From positions 300,001-332,000 of the forward strand of contig CP188086.1 in NCBI GenBank assembly GCA_049942765.1: a stretch of DNA of 32,000 nucleotides, read 5' to 3'. This DNA comes from Candidatus Saccharimonadota bacterium. Its GTDB lineage: Bacteria > Pseudomonadota > Gammaproteobacteria > Enterobacterales > Enterobacteriaceae. The notes beneath the pieces were generated by a model, which made no database searches, was not told where the DNA came from, and saw only the letters and a list, made by a program, of their open reading frames with translations. Made by a program: the position numbers and the translations under genes. This document shows positions 10,671 through 21,050 of this stretch, in pieces; the stretch's first letter is position 1; each line of letters begins with the position of its first letter.

Positions 10671-13121
10671 ATGAATAATATCGAGTTTAAAAAAATAATT
10701 TTTGTCTATTCACATTGTCAACAAATATTAAATATGTCATGTTCATCTCATAACCAAATAAAAATCAAAAAATTACAATTATTTTTAATGCAATTTCAAG
10801 GGAATGTTGTATTTTTTGTTGAAAATAAAAAGGAATATTTTAATTTATTACAAATAACTTCTTATTTAAAAATATCTTTAATACAAATATATAATTTAAA
10901 TGTAAAAATTATTTTAAACATGTATCCCTTAAAAAAATATTTTTTTATTTTAAATAAAAAAATAAATGGTTGTATTGATACAAAAAATAACTTTGCTTTT
11001 ATTTGTAAAAATGATTTTTTAGAAAATCAATTAATTGATACATTTTGTTGTCAAAATCATAAATGTCAAGAAGATGATAACAAAAAAAAAATTGAATTAA
11101 AAATAAATCAACTTGTAGTACATTTTACGCACGGGATAGGAAGATATCAGGGATTAGTTATCTTAAATAATAATAGAATTGATAATGAATTTTGCATTAT
11201 TGAATATGCTAATAAAGATAAATTATATGTTCCTGTTACATCTTTACATTTAATTACTCCATATTATGGAATCATTAATAACAACGTAACATTACATAAG
11301 TTAGGTAACAAACAATGGATTCAGGAAAGAAAAAAAATCGAAAAAAATATTTATGATTCTACTGCTATATTATTAGATGTTTATGCAGATAGAGCTAATA
11401 CAATTGGATTTTCTTTCAATAGAAATGACAAAAGATATGATGATTTCTGTCACAAATTTCCTTTTACATTAACTATAGATCAAAAAACTGTTATGAATGA
11501 AGTATTAGAAGACATGGAAAAATCGACCCCCATGGATCGTTTAATTTGTGGTGACGTTGGTTTTGGAAAAACAGAGATTGCTATGCGGGCATCATGTATA
11601 GCTATTGTTAATTATAAACAAGTAGCTATTTTAGCTCCAACTACATTGTTAGTTCAACAACATTATAACAATTTTATTGATCGGTTTAAAAATTTATCTG
11701 TTAATATAAAAATATTATCTAGATTATGTACCAGCAAGGAAACAGAACAAGTTATTACAGAAATTAAAGAAGGTAAATTAAATATTTTAATTGGCACCCA
11801 TCAAATGTTATCAAAAAAAATTAAATGGTTTAATTTAGGATTATTAATCATTGATGAAGAACATAAATTTGGTGTAATGCAAAAAGAAAAAATTAAATCT
11901 CTTTTTCCTCATATTGATATTTTAACTCTAACAGCTACACCTATTCCAAGAACTTTAAATATGGCTATGCATGGTCTTCGAGATTTATCAATTATTTCTA
12001 CCCCTCCTGATAAACGGTTAGCAATTAAAACTATTGTAAAAGAATATGACATAAAATTAATAAAAAAAACTATTCTTAAAGAAATTTATCGTGGTGGTCA
12101 AATTTATTACGTATTCAACACTGTTAAAAACATTGAAAATATTTCTAATAAATTGATTAAACTTATCCCAGAAGCTAAAATTAAAGTAGCTCATGGTGGA
12201 ATGGATAAACGACTTTTAAAAAAAATTATGTACGAATTTTGTAATAAACATTTTGATGTTTTAGTATGCACTACTATTATAGAAACTGGTATTGATATAC
12301 CATACGTTAATACAATTATCATTGAAAATTCTGATCAATTTGGTTTATCTCAATTACATCAATTAAGAGGTCGAATAGGAAGATCTCACCATCAGGCATA
12401 TGCATTATTATTAGTAAAAAATTACAATAACATTAATGAAAACGCAAAAAAAAGACTAGAATCTATCTGTTCCTTTCAAAACGTTGGAGATGGTTTAATA
12501 TTATCTCATCAAGATTTAGAGATTAGAGGAATTGGAGAAATGTTAGGTCATGACCAAAGTGGACATATGGGAAAAATTGGTTTTATTCTATACAAAGAAA
12601 TGTTATCAAACGCAATAAATAATAATCGAATAAATGGTACAATGCAGCCATTTAACGAAATGACAAAATACCATCCAGCTATAGAAATTAATGTCCCGTC
12701 ATTATTATTAGATACATACATTAATAATGTTAATACACGTATTAATTTCTATAGAAAAATCGCTATGTGTACTTCTAAAAAAGAAATAAATAGAATTGAA
12801 AATGAATTAATTTACCGATTTGGAACAATGCCATTGCCAGTAAAAAATTTTATTATTATTGCTTTAATTCGTGTAATGTCCAATCATTTAGGTATTAAAA
12901 AAATATTTTCTAATGAAAAAGGAGGTTTTATTATTATTAGTAATTCTCATTGTATAAATTTATCATTGTTATTTACAAAAATACAATTAGAATCCAACAA
13001 TTGGAATATTACTAATACCAATAAATTAAGATTTGTGCACCATGATAAAAATAATGAAGAAAGATTAATATGGGTTTTAGATTTTGTTAATGAATTATAT
13101 AATAGTAGAATATCTATTTAA
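10671..13121 (+). CDS. mfd: transcription-repair coupling factor, N-terminally shortened form
   Basis: The 816-aa ORF compares with about 1148 aa in E. coli. The RNAP-interaction domain is present (VVHFTHGIGRYQGL...EYANKDKLYVPVTSLHLITPY). Superfamily-2 translocase motifs are present: GDVGFGKTEIA, IIDEEHKFG, TATPIPRTL and QLHQLRGRIGRS. Residues ~33-150 align to E. coli domain D3 (GNVVFFVENKKEYFNLLQI vs GPVVFSVESEGRREALGELL). No SD precedes 10671, so the exact start is uncertain. Confidence 0.88.
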   Translation: MNNIEFKKIIFVYSHCQQILNMSCSSHNQIKIKKLQLFLMQFQGNVVFFVENKKEYFNLLQITSYLKISLIQIYNLNVKIILNMYPLKKYFFILNKKINGCIDTKNNFAFICKNDFLENQLIDTFCCQNHKCQEDDNKKKIELKINQLVVHFTHGIGRYQGLVILNNNRIDNEFCIIEYANKDKLYVPVTSLHLITPYYGIINNNVTLHKLGNKQWIQERKKIEKNIYDSTAILLDVYADRANTIGFSFNRNDKRYDDFCHKFPFTLTIDQKTVMNEVLEDMEKSTPMDRLICGDVGFGKTEIAMRASCIAIVNYKQVAILAPTTLLVQQHYNNFIDRFKNLSVNIKILSRLCTSKETEQVITEIKEGKLNILIGTHQMLSKKIKWFNLGLLIIDEEHKFGVMQKEKIKSLFPHIDILTLTATPIPRTLNMAMHGLRDLSIISTPPDKRLAIKTIVKEYDIKLIKKTILKEIYRGGQIYYVFNTVKNIENISNKLIKLIPEAKIKVAHGGMDKRLLKKIMYEFCNKHFDVLVCTTIIETGIDIPYVNTIIIENSDQFGLSQLHQLRGRIGRSHHQAYALLLVKNYNNINENAKKRLESICSFQNVGDGLILSHQDLEIRGIGEMLGHDQSGHMGKIGFILYKEMLSNAINNNRINGTMQPFNEMTKYHPAIEINVPSLLLDTYINNVNTRINFYRKIAMCTSKKEINRIENELIYRFGTMPLPVKNFIIIALIRVMSNHLGIKKIFSNEKGGFIIISNSHCINLSLLFTKIQLESNNWNITNTNKLRFVHHDKNNEERLIWVLDFVNELYNSRISI

Positions 13122-15033
13122 ATATCTAAATAATCATATAAAAAAATTTTTCTCTTTTTAGTAAAATACAAATAAATAAAAAATAATTGCATAAATGTAT
13201 ATGAAATATTAGATAAAAAAATATTATTTGATATATATGTCAAAATATTATACATATTAATGTAAATAATATCTTAATATATATAAATGATAACTATCAT
13301 ATGCAATGAATGATAATATAATCGCTTTATATATATAAATATATCACAACATATATTAAAATAATATATTTATTATATCAAATATGTTAGTAGTAATGTA
13401 CTTTATTTGTTTTTTAAAAATATAATTTTTTATATAGTATTTATTATAATAGATTAAAAAAATAAATAAAACATTTTATATAAATAACATTTATTACTCC
13501 CTAATTTTTTATAATTATTGTATTAAATTCTATATATTATACTAATTTCTATCATTTTTTTTTGTTATTAACATATATTAAAATAAGTTTATTTATAATA
13601 TCAATTCTTATATTAGTATTAGTACAAGTTACTAATTTAAATAATATTATTTATTATAATTATAATAAAATATTATATCAATAAATAAAAAAGATATTAA
13701 TATATTTTAATAAATATATATTAAATATATTAGTAATACTAGTATAGTATACCTAGTTTGCAATATACGTACTATCATTACATATAATAATATTTTATTA
13801 TATAATTTATAATAAAATAATTAAAAATCAATTCAATATTATAATGATTGTTATAACTTCATACATATTAATATTAATTAATATTCACTAAAAATATATA
13901 ACAATAATACATTATCAATAATATATTGTTTTAATTAAATCAAATATATTTTTATTAATAATAAAGTTTATTATAAAACATGATTTTTAATCATAATAAA
14001 GATATATTTATTTATAAACTAAAAAGTTTTAATTAAAAATTACTGATTATTTATCTATCGACTATGATTTTTATTTTTAGATAGTTATTTTATATAGTTT
14101 TTAAATTAAATAAATCATACAGATAGATTGTTTCTATGTGATAAATAATATTATTATATATAATAAAATTATATCTAGTATATGTTATACTTAATATTTT
14201 AAATTATTCAATATTTTTTCAAAAACATTTATTAGTTACATAACATCTATTCTTTATTTCTATTTATATAGATATATTATAACTGTTGTTAACACTATAC
14301 AAATAAAAATAAAACGACCTAAATTTATTTTAACAAAACATTTTATATGTTTAATATAATTAAATTATGTATGTCAATACAACAAAATTTTTATTTTTTA
14401 ATTTCTATTACATATGTTATTAAATTTATAATATATAAATATATGATCAATAAGTTATATGTTTTGTTATTATAACTATAATTTTTATATTAATAAGTCA
14501 TTAATAAGATTTTTAATATATATAAATAATTTAATTTTTATATTACGACAAAATAATATTTGTAATAAAACAATAGTTTTAAACCATAACCATCAATCAG
14601 AATAAACTTTATATTAAAAATTATTTTATATTTGAATTAATTTTAGATTATATTAATATTAATTATTTAATTTTTAATTAAATAAATAATGATCTATATT
14701 TAATTTTTTACTATAATGATATTTATTTATAATATAATGGATTTTTTATTAGATTAATTTATATGATTAACAATTATTATTTATTATATTTTTTACTATA
14801 ACTAATATTATGTATGTTTTAGTTATTTTATTTAAATTAAATATCATAGATTTTATAAAAATAAGATTAATTTTAAAAAGTAATATACATATATTATAAT
14901 TCCGTAATCCAATAATAAAAAAACTGTTTATATATAAAACGTTTTTTATATTTATTCATACATTATTATATAGTATATATTTTCTATTTTTTAAAACATT
15001 TAATAATGTAACATTTTTTAACACCAAAATAGT

Positions 15034-15041
15034 GGTGATCC
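15034..15041 (+). promoter_or_regulatory. Shine-Dalgarno-like GGTGATCC upstream of pgl
   Basis: The sequence aGTGGTGATCCtaATG carries GGTGATCC, complementary to the 16S 3' GGAUCACC. This supports the ATG at 15044 rather than the GTG at 15032. Confidence 0.5.
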
Positions 15042-15043
15042 TA

Positions 15044-16039
15044 ATGTATCAAACTGTTTATCTAGCTACTCCAAATAGCAATCAAATAGAAGTATGGTCT
15101 TTAAATTCAAATAATGGAATATTGAAATTAATACAAATTGTTAAAATAAAAGGAGAAATACAACCGATATGTATTTATAAAGAAAAAAATATTCTATATG
15201 CAGGTATACGTAAAAGTAATTTTATCATTTCTTATCATATTTCTCATTTAGGTATTTTAAAAGAAATCTCTTATCTACAATTACCAGATCCAATAAATCA
15301 TATTTCAATTAATAGAAAACAAAAATTATTATTTTGTAGTTCTTACCATTCAGGAACACTAACTATAGTAAACATAAATCATTTAGGTCATCCTAATAAT
15401 ATTCAACAAATTATTTCTCATTTACCTGGATGCCATTCTGCTACATGTGATCTTCAGGAAAAAATTGTGTTAGTTGCAGCTTTAAAAAAAAACAAGATAT
15501 ATTTATATGAAATCCATAATGGTTATATTGTAACGAACAAAATTCAAAAATACATTTCGACGATTAATTCATTAGGACCTCGACATATTATTTGTCATCA
15601 AAATAAAAAAAATATATATAGTATTAATGAATTAAATAGTACCATTGATGTATGGTTAATAAATAATGTTACTTATGCTATTTCACATATCCAAAACATT
15701 AATTTTATGCCTAAAGGATTTGATGGTATACATTGGGGATCGGAAATTCGGATATTACCTAATGGTAAATTTTTATACGCTTCTGATAGAACAGAAAATA
15801 TTATATCTATTTTTAATATTAATAACTATGATGGTACACTAACCTACATTTCACAAATATATACTGAAATTATACCACGATCTTTTGATATTGATATATA
15901 TGGACAATATTTAATTGTAGCTGGTCAACAATCAAATTCTATTAGCGTATATGAAATATCTAGCCACAGTGGTTTATTGAATTATAAACATAGATACTCA
16001 GTAGGACACGGACCACTATGGGTTTTAATCAATCAATAA
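15044..16039 (+). CDS. pgl: 6-phosphogluconolactonase
   Basis: The track ORF begins at GTG 15032. Alignment to E. coli Pgl/YbhE ([21 protein letters not shown]..) fits MYQTVYLATPNSNQIEVWSLN from the ATG at 15044, giving 331 aa as in E. coli. Further matches are GCHSA, GPRH, NELNS..DVW and the C-terminal GHGPLWV. Confidence 0.85.
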   Translation: MYQTVYLATPNSNQIEVWSLNSNNGILKLIQIVKIKGEIQPICIYKEKNILYAGIRKSNFIISYHISHLGILKEISYLQLPDPINHISINRKQKLLFCSSYHSGTLTIVNINHLGHPNNIQQIISHLPGCHSATCDLQEKIVLVAALKKNKIYLYEIHNGYIVTNKIQKYISTINSLGPRHIICHQNKKNIYSINELNSTIDVWLINNVTYAISHIQNINFMPKGFDGIHWGSEIRILPNGKFLYASDRTENIISIFNINNYDGTLTYISQIYTEIIPRSFDIDIYGQYLIVAGQQSNSISVYEISSHSGLLNYKHRYSVGHGPLWVLINQ

Positions 16040-17107
16040 ACATCAACATTCATAATATTAAAAGTATTATTTAATACAATCAAAATTATTTATGTCAATT
16101 AATATTTGTAATAGATATGTTGAAAAAAGAGAAATAAAAAAATTTTGATTTATAATTAAAAATCTTTTTGTATAAAATGTAAATATAAATATTTTTTTTT
16201 AAATATTATTTTTAATAAATATTTTTCATATCCATAATATTTTATAAAATATATGTATAATTTATAATTAAAAAATAATTAATTATTATATCAAGAATGA
16301 TTATTTGACTATATAAAATGTTTATTTATCAAAATAAATTATATTTTTAAAAAAAAATACTGGATTTATATATAAAATATATAGATCATTTGTCTTGTAT
16401 ATGAGATAACAATATATTATTGATTGTATATATCTTGTATCCTAATTAAGTAATAATTTTTATTATATACTTTGCATATAAAATATGTATAATAGATATT
16501 ATCAAATATATATAATTATATTTTTGATAAAAATAATAGATATTGTATTACTAAAATGATCTTCTAAGAATTAAAAATTTAAATAATGAATAACTTTATA
16601 ATAAAAAATGAAATAAAGATATTGTTATTATAATTATAATAAATTGATTAAATCTAAATTAAATAAATATAAAAATAATAAGTATTGTTTACTCCCTTAT
16701 ATAATAATAACTATTGAGTATTTTAATTAATCCATTAATGATATAAAAAATAAAATTAGAAAACGTTTTTAAATTTTATTTAAATAAAAAACATATAAAC
16801 ACATGGTTTACAATATTTATTTTTATAATCATATAATACTATATTAGATAGAAAGTTTATATAATGTTAACATATTATTCATTCATATCAGTCAAATATT
16901 TTTTTTATTAAATAATAATTTAATTTAAAAAAATTTATTTTTTAACATAAATAATAATTTTTTAAAAATATATGTAAGATATTACATAATATTAATTACA
17001 ATTTTAATAATATATTTAGTTATATCTACTATAATAACTATTAATATAGATACATTATTTAATATTAACCATATGTATTTAATATATAAAAAAAATTAGA
17101 GATAATT

Positions 17108-18142
17108 ATGAAAATTAAGTGGACTTATGAAAATACACTACGATTAATGAATACACCATTTTTTGAATTAATGTTCACCGCTCAAAAAATACATAGAAAA
17201 TATTTTAATCCAAATAAAATTCAAATTAGTTCATTATTATCAATTAAAACTGGAAATTGTCCTGAAGATTGTAAATATTGTCCACAAAGTTCTAGATACC
17301 ATACTAATGTAAAATCACATCCATTATTGAATATTGAAAAAATTATTCATGAAGCTCAAAAAGCAAAAAAATCCGGATCTACTAGATTTTGCATGGGAGC
17401 AGCTTGGAAACATCCTAAGGATAAAGATATACCTTATTTAATTAAAATTATAAAAGCAATAAAAAAATTAGGTTTAGAAACCTGTATGACGTTAGGTGAG
17501 CTTACTCAAATACAAGCTGAATCATTATCTAATGCTGGATTAGATTATTATAATCATAATTTAGATACTTCATCTGATTTCTATCATAAAATTATTACTA
17601 CAAGAACGTATCAAGATCGTTTAAACACTTTAAACATTATAAGAAAAAGTGGTATGAAAATTTGTTCAGGTGGTATACTAGGTTTAGGTGAATCAATAGA
17701 CGATAGAATAAATTTTTTAGTTCAGCTAGCAAATTTAGATATACCACCAGAAAGTATACCTATTAATAAATTAATTAAAGTTAAAGGTACACCTTTAGAA
17801 AATATAGAAAATATAAATTCATTTGAATTTATTAAAATTATTGCGGTTACTAGAATTATGATGCCTAATTCTTATATTAGACTATCGGCTGGAAGAGAAA
17901 ATATGAATGATCAAATGCAAGCTATGTGTTTTATGGCAGGAGCTAATTCTATATTTCATGGTTGTAAACTACTTACGATGAATAATCCTGATATTAATCA
18001 TGACATACAATTATTTAAAGAATTGAATTTATATTCAGAACATGCAATTTTATCTAAAAATAATGATGATTATCCATCTTTACTACAAAAAAAACCACAT
18101 ATAGTTAATAACCAAAATTATTATAATGCTGCTCAAAAATAA
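17108..18142 (+). CDS. bioB: biotin synthase (radical SAM)
   Basis: The 344-aa ORF compares with about 346 aa in E. coli. It carries the radical-SAM cluster motif [14 protein letters not shown]. Other conserved blocks are [41 protein letters not shown] and ANSIF.GCKLLT. Confidence 0.96.
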   Translation: MKIKWTYENTLRLMNTPFFELMFTAQKIHRKYFNPNKIQISSLLSIKTGNCPEDCKYCPQSSRYHTNVKSHPLLNIEKIIHEAQKAKKSGSTRFCMGAAWKHPKDKDIPYLIKIIKAIKKLGLETCMTLGELTQIQAESLSNAGLDYYNHNLDTSSDFYHKIITTRTYQDRLNTLNIIRKSGMKICSGGILGLGESIDDRINFLVQLANLDIPPESIPINKLIKVKGTPLENIENINSFEFIKIIAVTRIMMPNSYIRLSAGRENMNDQMQAMCFMAGANSIFHGCKLLTMNNPDINHDIQLFKELNLYSEHAILSKNNDDYPSLLQKKPHIVNNQNYYNAAQK

Positions 18143-19398
18143 GTGTGTTATTACATGACATAAACAAATAATTATATATTGTTAATAATATATAATTATA
18201 TCATATATATAAATATGATATACATATATACGAATACACAATTAAAATATATAATTTATATACTTCAAATCATAAAAATATAAGTAAGTTATTAACTGTT
18301 AATATATATACCTTAAACTTAATTAATTTTATCATCATATAAAATATTTTTATATATAAAATATAATAATTAATTTCAATAAAATTAATTATGTCAAATA
18401 TCATATAAAACATTAACTATAAAAGTATATATTTAAAAATTAAATCTAAAATTATTATACATATTCATATATTAGTTAATTAATTTTTATTACTTACAAT
18501 GCATTTTGATAAAAAAATATTGCTATTTAAACGTATATCAATAAATAATAGATATCTGATCGATATATTTTAAATATTAGTAACGTTTAATATATATTTA
18601 ATATATATGATGTTTTTAAAAAAAAATAATAAAATAAAATTATGAATAACTACTATTAATACACTCAAAAAAATGATTAATCATTAAATAACTTTTTATA
18701 AAAATCATTACATATTTTAGAGAAAATAAAGTATAATACTATATTATATTAATTTTTATTAGTATAAAATCTGAAATATAGTTTCCTATTTATTTTATTA
18801 AAGCTTTTTTATAATTTGGAAATAAAGATATGATACTTATCATTGTAATATAAATTGACTATAGAACATTTTTATATGTAATAAAAAATCTTATTTATGT
18901 TTATAGATATAATCAAATCAATATTATCAATATTAATTATATGAAATATCAAACATTGATATAATTATTAATTAAAAGTAAAAAAGAACATATGTTCTAA
19001 AAAAAAATAATTTTATAAATCATTATATATGATTAATAAATATTATTATTTATTACATTAAAAATAATACATAAAAATATGTTACTAGAAACAATAGAGT
19101 TATTTAAATAGTTTATTTTAAACATTTTATATTGATAATCATTAAAATTAAATTTTGAAAATATATATAAGAATAATAATAAAATTTATATAAATATATA
19201 TATTTAAAAAAAATATTACATGTTATATATTTATATATAAATATGAAATTACTTTATATAAAAATATATAAATTTAAAACATTCATTCTACTAATAATAT
19301 TAGTAATATAGTTCAATCTTTTATTGAAACAATATTTACTGTAAATGATTTAGATCCTATCTTTGATTAAATATTATTTATCAAATCACTGAACAAAT

Positions 19399-19440
19399 AC
19401 AAACGTCATATACAAGTTTATATTTGTATATGATGTTTGT
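19399..19440. terminator. 17-bp stem-loop about 100 nt downstream of the glyA stop; candidate terminator or structured RNA
   Basis: The arms are 19399-19415 (acaaacgtcatatacaa) and 19424-19440 (ttgtatatgatgtttgt). They are complementary except at one position, which is a G:U pair in a plus-strand RNA and an A/C mismatch in a minus-strand (glyA-sense) RNA. There are four G:C pairs. Confidence 0.35.
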
Positions 19441-19538
19441 TGATAAACTTTAATTCGAGTGATTAATATATATTTGCAGTAACATATTGTCATCAATGTA
19501 CATTTATTAATCTAACAAATCAATTTTGTAATTCCTCA

Positions 19539-20792
19539 TTAATTATATACAGGAAATTTTTTACATAATATCAATACTTCTTTTTTAATTGAACACATTT
19601 TTCTTGAATCATTATAATTATTTAATACATCTGAAATCCAATGAGTTAACAACATAACTTCTTTTTTTGAAAAACCACGACGAGTAATAGAAGGTGTTCC
19701 TAACCTTAAACCAGAAGTAATAAATGGACTCTGAGGATCATTAGGAATAGTGTTTTTATTAACAGTAATATTAATTGAGTTTAATAATGAACTAGCTTTA
19801 TGACCGGTTAATTTTTTATTTTGTAAATCTATTAAAAATAAATGATTATGAGTACCTCCTGATACAATCTCATATCCTAAATCTATAAATGTATTTGCCA
19901 TACATTTAGCATTAAATAATACTTTTTGTTGATATATTTTAAAAGCTGGCTCCAAAGCTTCTTTAAATGCTATTGCTTTAGCTGCTATAACATGTACTAA
20001 GGGCCCACCTTGTATACCTGGAAAAACAGAAGAATCAATTTTTTTATATAGTTCTTCATTACATTCATTAGATATTATTAAACCACCCCTAGGTCCTGCT
20101 AATGTTTTATGAGTTGTTGAAGTAACAATATGTGCATACGATATCGGACTTGGATATAGACCAGTTGCAACTAAACCTGCTATATGAGCCATATCTACTA
20201 ACAAATATGCTTTAATGTTATCAGCAATACTTCTCATGGTTTTCCAATTACAAATACCAGAAAAAGCTGAAAAACCTCCTATAATCATTTTAGGTTTATA
20301 TTTTTCAGCTAGATCATTTAACTGCTGATAATCAATTTTCCCATCTTCACTTAAACCATATGATATTGATTTATAAATTTGTCCTGAAAAACTTACAGAT
20401 GCCCCATGAGTTAAATGCCCTCCATGAGATAAATTCATACCTAATATAGTATCACCTGGATTCAATAATGCATTATACACAGCAAAATTAGCTTGAGTTC
20501 CAGAATGAGGTTGTACATTTGCATAATCTGCCTTAAACAATAACTTAGCTCGTTGAACAGCTAATTTTTCTATTATATCTATATAATCACAACCACCATA
20601 GTATCTTTTACCAGGATAACCCTCTGCATATTTATTAGTTAAAATAGAACCTTGAGCTTCCATAACTCTAGTACTAGCATAATTTTCAGAAGCTATAAGT
20701 TCGATATGTTGTTCTTGTCTTATGTTTTCTAAACACATAGCTTCCCACAATTCAGTATCATAATTAGATATTTTAATATTTTTATTAAACAT
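19539..20792 (-). CDS. glyA: serine hydroxymethyltransferase
   Basis: The 417-aa ORF has the same length as E. coli GlyA as I recall it. The PLP-lysine motif is [14 protein letters not shown]. Other blocks are [24 protein letters not shown] and VQPHSG.QAN. TAAGGAT lies just upstream of the ATG. Confidence 0.97.
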   Translation of the reverse strand: MFNKNIKISNYDTELWEAMCLENIRQEQHIELIASENYASTRVMEAQGSILTNKYAEGYPGKRYYGGCDYIDIIEKLAVQRAKLLFKADYANVQPHSGTQANFAVYNALLNPGDTILGMNLSHGGHLTHGASVSFSGQIYKSISYGLSEDGKIDYQQLNDLAEKYKPKMIIGGFSAFSGICNWKTMRSIADNIKAYLLVDMAHIAGLVATGLYPSPISYAHIVTSTTHKTLAGPRGGLIISNECNEELYKKIDSSVFPGIQGGPLVHVIAAKAIAFKEALEPAFKIYQQKVLFNAKCMANTFIDLGYEIVSGGTHNHLFLIDLQNKKLTGHKASSLLNSINITVNKNTIPNDPQSPFITSGLRLGTPSITRRGFSKKEVMLLTHWISDVLNNYNDSRKMCSIKKEVLILCKKFPVYN

Positions 20793-21007
20793 TTTATCCT
20801 TAGTTATTATTATTTAATTTTATAAATAATTTTTTGTATATAATATTATTATATAATAAATTTATTTTTTTTATATTTCTAATAATTAATATATTTTTAT
20901 ATTAAATCAATATTTATTAAAAATAAAATTTTATGTATATGAATACTATATTGTTAGAAATTTTTACTAAAAAAATAATATTTAATATAAAATTGATTTT
21001 TTATCTG

Positions 21008-21027
21008 TGATCTAGTTAACTAGATCA
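21008..21027. terminator. 20-bp perfect palindrome (8-bp stem plus TTAA loop as a hairpin) in the hisS-glyA spacer
   Basis: The sequence tgatctagttaactagatca is self-complementary, with three G:C pairs per arm and two GATC sites. It begins 24 nt beyond the hisS stop. The run of six T (acttttttatt) follows it only on the plus strand, which is antisense to both neighbouring genes. Confidence 0.45.
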
Positions 21028-21050
21028 ACTTTTTTATTCTTAATAATAAT

